Source: Phoronis australis (lineage: Eukaryota; Animalia; Phoronida). Taken from it: a stretch of 64,000 nt of DNA. This document shows positions 26,701 to 38,322 of the stretch, piece by piece. The stretch covers positions 62,001 through 126,000 of the forward strand of contig NMRA01000494.1 in NCBI GenBank assembly GCA_002633005.1, read 5' to 3'. A program made the position numbers and the translations under genes. Each line of letters starts with the position of its first letter. The stretch's first letter is position 1. The notes under the pieces were generated by a model. The model did not search any database. It was not told the origin of the DNA and worked only from the letters and a program-made list of their open reading frames with translations.

Positions 26701-29700
26701 TAATAATGAAAATGAAAACAAAATTAATAATAATAGTAATAATAGTAATGATAGTAATAATACTACTACTACTAATAATAATAATAATAGTAATGATAGT
26801 AATAATACTAATAATGATAATAATAATAATAATGATAATGACAGTGACAGTGACAGTGACAGTGACAGTGACAGTGATAGTGATAATAATGATGCTGGTG
26901 TGAGTTTTGTTTCATTTAATTTTTGTCGTACTGCTGGCTAACTTTTTTCAGCTCTCCCGTACAAAACACGGTATAGGTTTCAAATGTTCTTGCTATTGAA
27001 AGCACGATGGTGTTATGGTATGATATTTTTGTTGTGGATATGAGATTATTATTATGAGGTTTTTATACTTTTTAATACCTTTAGGCCTGCCTCAAAACAT
27101 GTCTCCAAGCTAAAATCATCGAGAAGTGCGACTGCGCCAGCTCTGAACTTCCTTTCAACGCCACATACTTCTCACAGATTCACGTAGATAAGGCTCACCA
27201 TGGGGGAGATGTCCTGGCGTGCACGAGCGAATCGAAAGGTACTGTAGGTCTGAACTTCATCGCGACTATGGCAAGATAGTTCTATTACAACTGACCGATA
27301 TTGACTAGTTACTGGTTGTATTATTTATTTATTGTAGCTACCTAGCTGTTAGAAGATCACAAACTTCTCCCTGAGATATCGCCATTGATCATGTCATGTC
27401 ACCAGCGTTCATTAGTGAATGAAAGGTTTCATTGTACACATTTCAGCTGAATGTCTGTGACAAACGCCACTGTTTTGAAAGCCTTTATAAAAAATAACGC
27501 AATGATACCATACATTTGAGAAGAGTTCGTTGGGGGATTACAGAAACAAATTCGTGTAATTGCATATATACCAAATTCCGAAAATTCATTCGAAGCATGG
27601 CGTTAAGGTCACTGCTGCACAAGTGGTAGCTAATCAAGGTACTGCGTGTGATGGTCATTATGTTGAATTTTTGAAGAGAAATCTTGTGGGTGTGTATCTC
27701 AGAGCAGTGTAATGTGGTGTATCCTTTCTTCAAGCCACCTGTGGACAGGAAATGTGTATGTTTCATCTAATGCTAACGATCAATTTCGAACAATCCATCG
27801 CGCATGCTTCTGAGCCTTTTAGTCCGTGAAAACACATCGAAAGTTTGAAAATTCGGACCGTTGTTTTAGAAAGTATGGAGTGTCGTATTGTTGTCATTCC
27901 TGTCACCACCACCACCACCACCACCACCACCACCACCACCGCTACTTCATCTTTAAGCTAGTGCTGCTGTCGTTCTTAATACATTGTGAGGCTGTTGTTT
28001 GCCCTTAAACATCCCGATGAAGACGCAAGAATTCATTAGACAGCTAAAATAATACACGGATTGATTCTATGAAGTTTGAAGCTCGCCTTCAATTTTTACT
28101 TTTGTATGATGGCGTATAGTCCATCTGCACTCCTGCTTTCAATTGTGGTGAGCTGAAATGTCGAGTTTTGATTTCTATGAAAATTACTAGTTTTCCGGTG
28201 ATGCCACGGGATGTTTACGGGCGACAATCGTCCAACAAGGCATTTAGAAACGACATCAACGCCGCTAATTGAGTAAGCTTAACCGTAGATGAAATCCTCC
28301 AAATCACAGCAACAAGTAACCTTGTATTGAACAGAAAATTATTTTACCAAAGCGTTTTGGATGTGAGAAATAAGAGCAGAGTTAGTACTCTTCGGGATAC
28401 GTGTCTTCTTCGAACTACTGAACATTTAACACTTGTCGTTGTTTCAGTTGCCTGCATGGAGGACATCGAGTACAAGTTTAAACATGGAGAGTTGAACTGT
28501 GACTACTGCCCTGTGAGCTGTTTGTGAGTAAACTACTTGTAGTGTATAGCCCCTTATGCATTAACAGTCCGGTAGACTTGTCTTCTAGTGGGAAAAATCA
28601 GCAATCTGGAAGTGTCCTTGTGGAGTTTAATGTTTCGAAATTTCCATACAAAAACAGTTCATTAAGACGTATGGGATAGAGAAAACAGCAGCGGAGCAAG
28701 ACTAATGCGAGTTGGCCTAGCATGTTCATTGCCCCCCATCCTCCCCCAGTTCAGTGCAAAATGCCCACGGGTTGACAATCAACTTGGTGTTTGAACACTC
28801 AATCCTCCCCCGTTGAATCCATGTGGTTAAGTGTTTTTCAAATTTCCAAAAACACAACGCGTTTGCAGGGTGTTCGGATTCAGAAAAGCCGCAAATTTCT
28901 AACACAAAATTCCTTACAGACCTATCGCGAACTGATTGAAAGGCGGGCCTGGTTCATCTGGTTCGTCACTATTAAGCCTATGGTTATGTTCCTATGTATC
29001 ATATTTACAAGTTCTGCTTCTATATGTGTTTCGAACGTTTCAAACTGTTTTACAATAGAAATTTCCAAATCAAACAGGCAAATCGTGCGTTTGTAGCACT
29101 TGGTAGTTTGACGAGTATGACAAACATTTCCAGAACATGTACTCAAAGTGATGACATTCTCAAATGTATCCATTTTTATTACAGCGACATCTATTATCCA
29201 GAAAAGGTTAGCATTGCCCAGTGGCCGTCCACAAATCACAAGGTGAGGATAATGACATTGGCTAAAGGGCCAACCTGGTTTATATTTTATATTTGCGCGC
29301 GTTGTGTACAGCATCTACGTAAGTACATGCATTTACCTCTCAGTATTTCTGGCCGTCAAATATGTTTCGAATCTTGGTCATCATTGAAGAAAAATATATT
29401 TTACTCGGACTAAGACTTCAATTTTATATATATCTCAATGATGGTAAGAAAGTTGAGCTGGCTTGTTAGTCAACTCTGAGACCGGCCTACTGATTGCACT
29501 GACTTGTAAAAACGGTACTTAGCGGGTGTTTTGCGGACACATGAGGTGAACCTCCCCATTTTAGTTATTCCTTGAAAGTCAAAGGCCACTTAAGATGATA
29601 TCAAAGACAAGGCGAGATTGCAAGACTATTCCGTACATAAAACCAAAGCTTAGGATTTCCCTAGCATTCACTCGCATAACGGAACGGACCTGTTCTCTTT

Positions 29701-31969
29701 TGGCTCTGCTTATGCTCTTTGGGAAATGTGGATTGGCTTTGCAACGTAGCGTTCATTTTAATAAATCTTGTCCATCAGTGGCGATATAACCACTGTGCAG
29801 AAGAAATATGCATCAAGACACACAAATTATGCATACACTCGCAAACTATAGTATATGTACTGCCAACTATGTATATTGTCAATGCATAAGATCTGCGATC
29901 TTGCGCACAAGACGCGATCAAGCCTATTGGGCGCGAAGTCACTATTCTCTCACGGCACCGGGCGTGAGTCATGGTTTCATTTTCGGCAAGTAAGTCGTTT
30001 GATCACTAACTGGAAAGTGGCGCCTCTTCTGGGAATTACATAAGAAAATATTGGTGTTGTGAATTTGTTGTCTATGATCTATGATGCAATACAAGTTTTA
30101 ATTGAAATTATGAGACTAATGAAGGAACGCGGGAAAAGTGAGCTATGAAGCGAGAGAGCTTACTCAAGGATCTAGGGGTGTGGTCCAATGGCATTCGAAC
30201 CGGAGACCTTTAGATTGGGATGCTGGATCCATTTGCCACACTGTATTTACATGTACGTAATAGCTGCGTCACGTTGGACACAGTAGCAACAGCATAGTAT
30301 GGAATGCAACATCTTCAATCTTATTTAGATCTGCGTGCAGCAAATTCGTCTCCTTCCGTACCCAGTGATTGTCAAAAATCGAAAGTAAGATCAAGTGGCC
30401 ATTTTGTCGTAGTTAAATTTTCGTTCGTAATCTCAGAAGGATTATTTTCTCAAACCGTCACCACAAGCGAAGCGTTTCGAATAGCAAACTGTGTCCGGTT
30501 TGATTGCTTGACTTCTGTACAGTTGTTTGTGTGTCGGAAGTCTAAGGACCCTTTGGCATCGTGTTCTTGCGAAGTCATTGCTAGATAATTTGGACCGCTG
30601 TTTTAGTATCGCCGTTTCAAATTTCCTTTAAGAATTTGTTTCTTTAAGTTGCAATTACTTCAAGGACCTTCGCTCTCGGTCTCTCTCATGTCGCAAGCCT
30701 CTACTATACCGCTGCCCTGCCAGCACGACAACGAACTCGAAATTCATTTAAGCCTTTTTATTTCATGCGGTTAAATGCAAATTTGAATCAAGACATCACA
30801 ATTCTCACCATCACACTGTTGTACAAAATCTGTTTTCAAAGACTAAACTGTTCACCGGCTTTCAATGCACGTCATTTGCGCGGATTTTAGCGCATGCCCT
30901 CTGAACGTGCTGACACGCATCTTGCTAAAATAACCAAATGACGTTGTAGGTTGTTTTTGCATAAAAACGGCAGTTGTTTGACCAAAAAACATGATATTTT
31001 CCCAAAATGTAATCGATTGTTCGTTTTCAATTCAGAGCGTCTCCGGGAAAATTTCTCCACAACGTGTTGGGTAAAGAGTGGTAGCAGACTGACCTGACGA
31101 GTAATCGCCATAGGATCGAAAACCCCACAATATCTTCCTTCCATGAATTACTATGGTTGTTTTTAGACCACAAAAATGTGATAATGATTTCGGTTCTACC
31201 TCGGTCATTATCACATTTTTGAAGTCGCAAAACTAACATAATGAGCTCGGTGAAAGTCAATAATTTTACAATAAACGTTAATTTTTGTTTTTGCAGAAAT
31301 CACTTTATGAAAGTTTGGCGGCCGAAGGAGCTCATTTGGATAAGCTAATCAACGGAGATAACACAACGGCTGCAAGCCCCAGGTACGTCACGCCTGGATG
31401 TAGATATGCAGACTTCGTCCAATAACATTGTTTAGGTCTAGTTTCAATCCCCGAATGCTGCATTTAAGAGTTTCTAAATAAATTATAAAACTATAGAACA
31501 TTCTTCTTAAAAGCTGTAGAACTAGACGTAGAGTTATAAACTTGACGTGCTTTCTTATGTCTGATTTCAGTGACAACTTACTGAAGGTTGAGATCTTCTT
31601 CGACCAGCTCAACTACGAACATATTTACCAAGTGGAGGCATTCTCCGTAAGTGGGCCTTCCGTATCTCTCATGCTACTAAAATAACTTCTTGAATAAACG
31701 CACCGCTCTGATATCATATAAATAATGTCTCGCTCTACTGAATAAACATGTCTCTAGTCAAAAGTTTTGAGCATCGTTGTAATTTAGTAACTTTCTTACC
31801 CTTTCAGTGGACGGATCTGTTAGCAGCACTAGGTGGAGTTGTTGGCCTCTTCCTTGGTATATCGGCAGTGGCCATCTTTGAATACTTTGAACTTGGAGTT
31901 ATCTTGATTGCTCATTGCTGCACGTCGCGAACAAAACAGAAAAGCTCTGTGTCTCCTGTACCTCGGTGA
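14742..31969 (+). CDS. DEG/ENaC (amiloride-sensitive/ASIC-like) ion channel subunit, paralog 2; complete, 13 coding exons, 529 aa
   Basis: Exons 14742-14955, 20466-20598, 22282-22378, 23900-24042, 24311-24420, 25703-25866, 26167-26283, 27085-27238, 28448-28523, 29185-29242, 31297-31382, 31571-31646, 31808-31969 sum to 1590 nt in one open frame. TM1 RIFWILISLAGTAFTI, post-TM1 LEFPSITVCNLNPIR, HGNCYTFN, Cys-rich thumb, TM2 LGGVVGLFLGISAVAIFEYFEL. An acceptor at 14698-14699 upstream of the ATG suggests an additional 5'UTR exon. Confidence 0.95.
18558..19000 (-). mobile_element. Truncated Penelope-like retroelement (GIY-YIG C-terminus) flanked by ~74-bp inverted pLTR copies
   Basis: Minus-strand translation of ~18602-18920: DSAIFNHL*ATGHDFDTDDVTILDFEVDWFRRGVKEALREWIESPSLNKRGGLRFDLSHVWD, the typical PLE endonuclease tail (SAI..H...GH...IL..E..WFRRGVKEA....P.LN..GG), with one stop. 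18558-18631 and 18926-19000 are reverse complements of each other. Confidence 0.82.
18602..18636 (-). ncRNA. Degenerate minimal type-I hammerhead ribozyme motif in the PLE pLTR (partial second copy on + at ~18926-18955)
   Basis: Minus strand reads CUGAA-GUCCGUGAGACGCGGAC-GCAA-CGUC, versus the PLE consensus CUGANGA-stem II-GAAA-CGUC. Stem II GUCCG/CGGAC pairs, but the core lacks GA and has GCAA for GAAA. Confidence 0.5.
20724..20871. mobile_element. MITE with CATGGGCGGCGCAGCA / TGCTGCGCCACCCATG termini, copy A
   Basis: 16-bp imperfect TIR, near-direct flanks cacgtgt/catgtgt; internal sequence matches 48415-48522 in reverse orientation. Confidence 0.7.
21677..22097. mobile_element. MITE copy B (same family as 12619-12863), in gene-2 intron 2
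   Basis: gcccggttagatgaaacggtcccaaatggggacttaactaag... is the reverse-complement homolog of 12720-12863; right end ...cttagctgagtccctatttg...aaccgacc matches 12619-12660. Confidence 0.6.
26657..26893. repeat. Compound microsatellite (AAT)n with (GACAGT)n block
   Basis: Directly visible aat/agt/gat triplets followed by five or more gacagt units, inside a gene-2 intron. Confidence 0.95.
27904..27939. repeat. (CAC)n microsatellite
   Basis: About 12 tandem cac units, intronic. Confidence 0.95.
30130..30245 (-). mobile_element. Degenerate tRNA-derived SINE remnant
   Basis: Minus strand shows a B-box-like ggttcgaatgcc followed by a tccttgagtaag segment resembling the conserved central domain of many invertebrate SINEs; A box poorly preserved. 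Confidence 0.4.
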
Positions 31970-32683
31970 CCTAATCTCATGTTTTAATTGATCATTTTCT
32001 GCGAGTCATGTCACTACAGTGTACGTGCTGATCTATTCAAGCAAAGTGGCTTCGTCAATGAGTCACTTCGGCATTAAATTTCTGCTTTCTTCAACGGAAA
32101 TGAGAATGATCGAACTGCATCACATCATAGGGAATATTCAGGACTTATTTGCACGAAACAGTTTCGCGGAACAAATGTAAGTTCTCTGCAGACTTCCACT
32201 CAATGTCATTTGAATCACAATGTCAGTGCTTATGGCAAACCTGCAATGCAGAATTGTATAAGTTGAATAAAATTGTGGAGGTAAATTAACTTGAAACCGT
32301 GTTAGAGGGGGAGGGGGAAAGGGAGGGAGGAAGAGAGATTTAAAACGTTGATTAACTTATATACCAATTAATGAAAATAATGTGTCTGTGTACGTGCGTG
32401 TGTGCACGCGTGTATGAGTTGAGTACAACATAAAACAAATAAAGAATGTAAAATATGAGACCCTAATTATTATTTATTACTGATATATTTAACGTACCAT
32501 TCAAAAACTGACATGAGACATCAATGGTATGAGTAATTCAATAAATAAATAAATAAATAAACGTGACATATTAGTAAAATTAAGTATATGTAAAGAGGTG
32601 CTACATGTACATATCTACACTCCACAGAATACAACATGATAAGCAATTTGTTAATGTGTAAGTGATAACTGCATTTGCATATA

Positions 32684-34436
32684 CAGGGTTGTAGTGTGAG
32701 GTAGGCACACGTAGGCGCAGCCAACCACCTTTTTGTTTTTTAATGTAGTGCCTACCCACCGTAAGTTACGGTACAGTGGGGCGTGCGCGCACGTGGGCGC
32801 AGCCAACCACCTTTCTAAATATTGAGGTAGCGTCTAAAGGCGCCGTACGTGACGGTTAAGTGGGGCGTAGTATTGAAACGATTACCTTACGGCATCAATG
32901 CGCTGCTAAGCTGACGACAGCATTGTTGCCGAACATTTCGGCGCGCGCGACCACCAGGCATGCTTCGATGAGGTATTGGCAAACATTAAATAGCACCAGT
33001 CTTACTTTGCTCTTTGAAGTGCACGCGGTTCCTGCAGCTGGTCATTCCAATGGACTCGTCCAAACGAGACGAAACATTGCTGACGAGTTATAAGTTAATT
33101 GATTTCTTTTAAATTTTGTGCCGCTCTGAAACGACAATCAGCTGGTTGCCAATTGGTACTAAAATATTTTAAGAAGATGCCGAGATCAGAAAGCACGGCA
33201 CCAAATCCTGCTGAAAGTGACTCATTGGCTGAAACTAGTATTCCTGAAACGGATCCCTCCACGTCTGAAACGAAATTATCTGCTGGTGATCCAGATAATG
33301 ACTCGTCACAGTGGCCAAGCAAGTGGAATTGCGATCAGTGGATGGAATTCAAGAAAAAGTATCCTTGGTTGGAACACAAGGATGGAAAGCTGGGTTGCGT
33401 TTCTTGCTATACTGTACTAGACCTAGGTTTGATGAAAGAAAGTGGCATATCAATATCTTCGGAGTGGACACAGTTTCTGATAAAAGCAGCTGGAACTTCC
33501 CGACTGGCTAAAATTAAGTCGTTCAGGAGTAAAATCAGTCGTCATATGAGCTTTAAAGCCCACAACATTGCTCGAGGTATTGACGAAACGAAAAGTAAAA
33601 GAGCAATTGAAAATACAATGGTTAAAGTTACTGCTCATTAGCAGACCACAACGGAAAACGTCTTGAGAGCTTGAGAGCAGCATATTCACATACATGTATT
33701 CAAACAAATCGTCCGTTCACGATCACGAGCATCTCATAAATCTTCTAAAACTGAATGGTTTGAATTTGGGTGTTACGCTCCATTCTCGTTTCAGTGCAAC
33801 GTCCAGTTATGGCAGAAAATAGCAAGATAGCTGTGTTAGTCGATGAAGCGACAACGGTAAGCAAATTAAGCGAAGTGATCATTTACATACAATGTAAGAG
33901 CACCAATTGATGGTAGCGTTCCACTTTTTATAATGCTTGACCTTGTCCAGCTTGAACAACAAACTGCCGAATCGATTGAAGCGTCCCTCCTTAACAGTCT
34001 ACAACACTGTGGTTTTACGATAGAATATTTACACGAGCATCTCGTTGCATTTGCAAGTGACGGGGCCAGTGTCTTGACAGGAAAACGTTCTGAATTTGCA
34101 ACAAGATTACGCATACGCTTCCCTAGACTTTTGACAGGGCACTGCTTTAGAGTTAGCCGGTGAAGACAGAAACCTACACTAAAGTGATCGAAGTATTTTT
34201 GGGATTACTGCGATACTTGGAAAGTCCCACCTTCATTCAGAATCTTGCGCTGATGCATGATGTGCTAGAAGAGCTGTCAAGCCGTTCTGGGGATCTACAA
34301 TGCAGAACCACAACAATACCGCAAGCAGACAAGCTTCTTCGTCGGACGGTTCGCGTCCTCAAGTCTATGGTTGATAATCCCGGGCAGGCATAAGCCACTA
34401 AACTGACATCCATTAAAGAGAAGAGGTTTGGGTGAC
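32684..34436 (+). mobile_element. Decayed hAT DNA transposon (KIAA1586/ZNF862-like transposase) with left TIR
   Basis: Left end cagggttgtagtg with subterminal repeats gcgcagccaaccacct. Fragments WMEFKKKYPWLEHKDGKLGCVSC...KISRH, LNGLNLGVTLHSRFSA, IAVLVDEATTVS (first catalytic D), LVAFASDGASVLTGKRS (second D), TGHC, LALMHDVLEELS; several stops, frameshifts and internal deletions. The TIR matches the 8-bp-TSD MITE at 50228-50365. Confidence 0.85.
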
Positions 34437-34483
34437 TGGAAATGAAGGAAAACCTAAAAGGAACTACCGTGACCTTGCACCCT

Positions 34484-37400
34484 GGTCAGTGTTTCTGTGA
34501 AAAATATTTCGGCACCCCAAAAACCCTGGACTATAGGGCTAGGTTTTTTTGGTCGAAAACCTTTTTGTCTTCTTTGTGCATCTAATAGCCCCTTGACGTC
34601 TTTCAAATTTGATCTAGCCGTGTGACCTTATTAATGATCCAATCGAACTCAAACTTGGTGGGCCTTAGTTTCTCGGCATTCTTCGTCCATCTGGGAAAGA
34701 ATTTTTGTAATTGGAGACAAAAATTTTTTCGGCCCCCAAAAACCCCTGGCCTATACATGTAGGCCTAGGTTTTTTTTTGGTCGAAAACCTTTTTTCTTCG
34801 ATTTTAAAAATTCTTTGTGCATCTAATAGCCCCTTGTCTCCCCCCTCTACAAATGTAGGTATCATACTTTTCTTGGCCTTAGTAAGGGCCCAGGAGTGCC
34901 CCAAACTCACATACCCCCTTCACAATATCAGAAAAGTTGTGCCAAGATGAACTNATGCTTGACCTTGTCCAGCTTGAACAACAAACTGCCGAATCGATTG
35001 AAGCGTCCCTCCTTAACAGTCTACAACACTGTGGTTTTACGATAGAATATTTACACGAGCATCTCGTTGCATTTGCAAGTGACGGGGCCAGTGCCTTGAC
35101 AGGAAAATGTTCTGAATTTGCAACAAGATTACGCGAACTCTTCCCTAGACTTTTGACAGGACCCTGCTTTAGAGTTAGCCAGTGAAGACAGAAACCGTCA
35201 ATAAAGTGATCGGAGTATTTTTGGGATTATTGCGATACTTGGAAACTCCCACCTTCATTCATAATCTTGCGCTGATGCATGATGTGCTAGAAGAGCTGTC
35301 AAGCCTTTCTGTGGATCTACAATGCAGAACCACAACAATACCGCAAGCGGACAAGCTTATTCGTCGGAAGGTTCACGTCCTCAAGTCTATGGTTGATATT
35401 CCCGGGCAGGCAGTAGCCACTGCACTGACATGCATTAAAGAGAACAAGTTTGGGTGACTGGAAATGAAGGGAACATAAAAGAAACTACCGTGACCTTGCA
35501 CCCTGGTCAGTGTTGCTGTGAAAAAGTTTTCGGCACCCCAAAACCCCATTACTATAGGCCTAGGTTTTTTGGTCGCAAAACTTTTTGTTTCGATTTTAAA
35601 AATTGTTTGTGCATCTAATAGCCCCTTGACGTCTTTCAAATTTGATCTTGCCGTGTGACCTAATTAATGATCCAATCGAACTCAAACTTGGTGGGCCTTA
35701 GTTTCTCGGCATTCTTCCTCCATCTGGGAAAGATTTTTAGGAATTGGAGACAAAAGTTTTTTCGGCCCCAAAAAAACCCTGGACTATACATGTAGGCCTA
35801 GGTTTTTTTGGTGGAAAACATTTTGACACCGATTTTAAAAATTCTTTGTGAATCTAATAGCCCCTTGTCTCCCCCCTCTAGTAATGTAAGTATCATACTT
35901 TTCTTCACCTTAGTATGGGCCCAAGAGTGCCCAAAACTGCCTACCTCCTTCAAGATATCAGAAAGTTGTGCCGAGATGAACTACGGTTTTTGGAAGTCAT
36001 ATCTTCATGACCAATAACCTGAAGACTACCAAACCGAGACGTTTTCAAAGCAAGGTTAAGGGCAAGTTTTAAAATGTGTCTTATTTGTAGGTCCCTGTCT
36101 CCTGCGGGGTCAAGGTTTAAGGTCAACGTCACAGACTACCCCCCAATTTTCCAACTTTAATCCTCTGCCGTGACCTTATTAGGCCTCACCAGAAGTGGCG
36201 ACTTACGTTTTTGGAGTCAGTAAGTAACAGGCTATCCAACGATGAAAGAAGTTTTGAAATCGAGGTCAAAAAATTTTTAGGCTGGAGAAAGGTCTCAAAA
36301 TGACGTCTTTCAAATTTGATCATGCCGTGTGACCTCATTAATGATTCAATCGAACTCAAAATTGGTAGGCCTTAGTTTCTCGGCATTCTTCGTCCATCAG
36401 ATAAAGAATTTTTCTAATTGGAGACAAAAATTTTTCCGGCCACCAAAAACCCCTGGACTATAGGCCTAGATTTTTATTTGGTCGATAACCTTTTTGTCTT
36501 CGATTTTAAAAATTCTTTGTGCATCTAATAGCCCCTTGTCTCCCCCTCCACAAATGTAGATATCATACTTTCCTTGGCATTAGTAAGGGCCCAGAATTGC
36601 CCCAAACTAACATACCCCCTTCACAATATGAGAAAAGTTTTGCCAAGATGAACTACGGTTTTTCGAAGTCATATCTTCATGACGAATAACCTGACGACTA
36701 CCAAACCGAGACATTTTCAAAGCAAGGTTAAGGGCAAGTTTTCAAATGCGTCTTATTTGTAGGTCCCCATCTCCTGCGGGGTCAGGGTTTAAGGTCAACG
36801 TCACAGACTCCCTACCAATTTTTCAGATTTAATCCTCAGCCGTGACCTTATTACGGCTCACCAGTGGTGACGACTTACGTTTTTGGAGTCAGTAAGTAAA
36901 AGGCTGTCCAACGATGAAAGAAGTTTTGAAATCGGGGTCAAAAAACTTTTAGGCGGGAAAAAGGTCTCAAAATGACGTCTTTAAAATTTGATCTTGCCGT
37001 GTGACCTCATTAATGATCCAATCGAACTCAAACTTGGAAGGCCTTAGTTTTTCGGCATTCTTCGTCCATCTGGGAAAGAATTTTTGTAATTGGAGACAAA
37101 AAAATTTTCAGTACCAAAATTTCCTGGACTATAGGCCTAGGATTTTTTTGGTCGAAAACCTTTTTTTCTTCGATTTTAAAAATTCTTGGTGCATCTAATA
37201 GCCCCTTGTCTCCCCCTTCTACAAATGTAGGTATCATAGTCTTCTTGGCTTTAGTAAGGGCCCAGGAGTGCCCCAAACTCACAAACCCCCTTCACAATAT
37301 CAGAAAAGTTGTGCCAAGATAAACTACGGTTTTTCGAAATCATATCTTCATGACCAATAACCTGAAGACTACCAAACCGAGACATTTTTAAAGCAAGGTT

Positions 37401-38088
37401 AGTGGCAAGTTTTCAAATGCGTCTTATTTGTAGGTCCCTGTCTCCTGCGGGGTCAAAGTTTTAGGTCAACGTCACAGACTCCCCCAAATTTTCCAAATTT
37501 AATCCTCTGCCGTGACCATATTAGGGCTCACCAGAAGTTGCGACTTACGTTTTTGGAGACAGCAAGTAAAAGGCTATCCAACGTAGAAAGAAATTTTGAA
37601 ATCGGAGTCAAAAATTTTTTAGGCGAGAAAAGGTCTCAAAATGACGTCTTTCAACTTTGATTTTGCCGTGTGACCTCATTAATGATCCAATCGAACTCAA
37701 ACTTGGTAGGCCTTAGTTTCTCGGCATCTTTCGTCCATCTGGAAAAAGATTTTTTGTAATTGGAGACAAAATTTTTTTGGCCCCCAAAAACCCCTGGTTT
37801 TTTTTGGTCGAAAACCTTTTTGTCTTCGATTTTAAAAATTCTTTGTGCATCTAATTGCCCATTGTCTCCCCCCTCTACAAATGTAGGTATCATACTTTTC
37901 TTGGCCTTAGTAAGAGTCCAGGAGTGCCCCCAACTCACATACCCCCTTCACAATATCAGAAACATTGTGCCAAGATGAACTACGTTTTTTCGAAGTCATA
38001 TCTTCATGACCAATAACCTGAAGACTACCAAACCGAGACATTTTCAAAGCAAGGTTAAATGCAAGTTTTCAAATGTGTCTTATTTGTA
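34484..38088. repeat. Tandem array of a ~670-bp unit (satellite/MITE-derived), interrupted by the duplicated hAT fragment
   Basis: Anchor tgacgtcttt recurs at 35627, 36301, 36973, 37642 (periods 674, 672, 669), with a partial copy from 34595; units are highly similar with scattered substitutions and have no consistent ORF. Confidence 0.92.
34955..35457 (+). pseudogene. Second copy of the hAT transposase C-terminal fragment
   Basis: Starts right after N 34954 and repeats 33933-34436 (MLDLVQLEQQTAESIEASLLNSLQHCG...) with scattered substitutions. Confidence 0.75.
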
Positions 38089-38322
38089 CAGTACTGATCT
38101 AAAGTATTTTCCTATCGAACGTGGCTAGGCCGCGTCCGGACACGGGTTCCAAACCGTGGTTGGACCGAGGCTAGCCCCAGTCCGGACTTCGTCTGATCGC
38201 GGTTAATCGAAGTTAAATCGCGTCCGTGCTATGCCTTGGCTTTGTTTTTATTTCGCTCCGAAAGCTGGAAATACTGAGGGGTTACTGTAAGTAAGCGTAT
38301 GATGAGGCGATTACGTGTTCTA

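Noticed and set aside
26600-26941. Asn/Asp-Ser-rich ORF (113 aa) and overlapping Ile- or Leu-rich ORFs
   Set aside because: They are translations of the intronic AAT/GACAGT microsatellite; the flanking channel exons splice in frame without them.
27826-28008. Poly-His ORF
   Set aside because: It is an intronic (CAC)n microsatellite with no splice context or other coding signal.
34484-38088. CRISPR-like array or repeated small ORFs (MSLGHSWALTKAKK...)
   Set aside because: Whole ~670-bp units repeat with no unique spacers, there are no cas genes, the context is eukaryotic, and the ORFs are not preserved between units.
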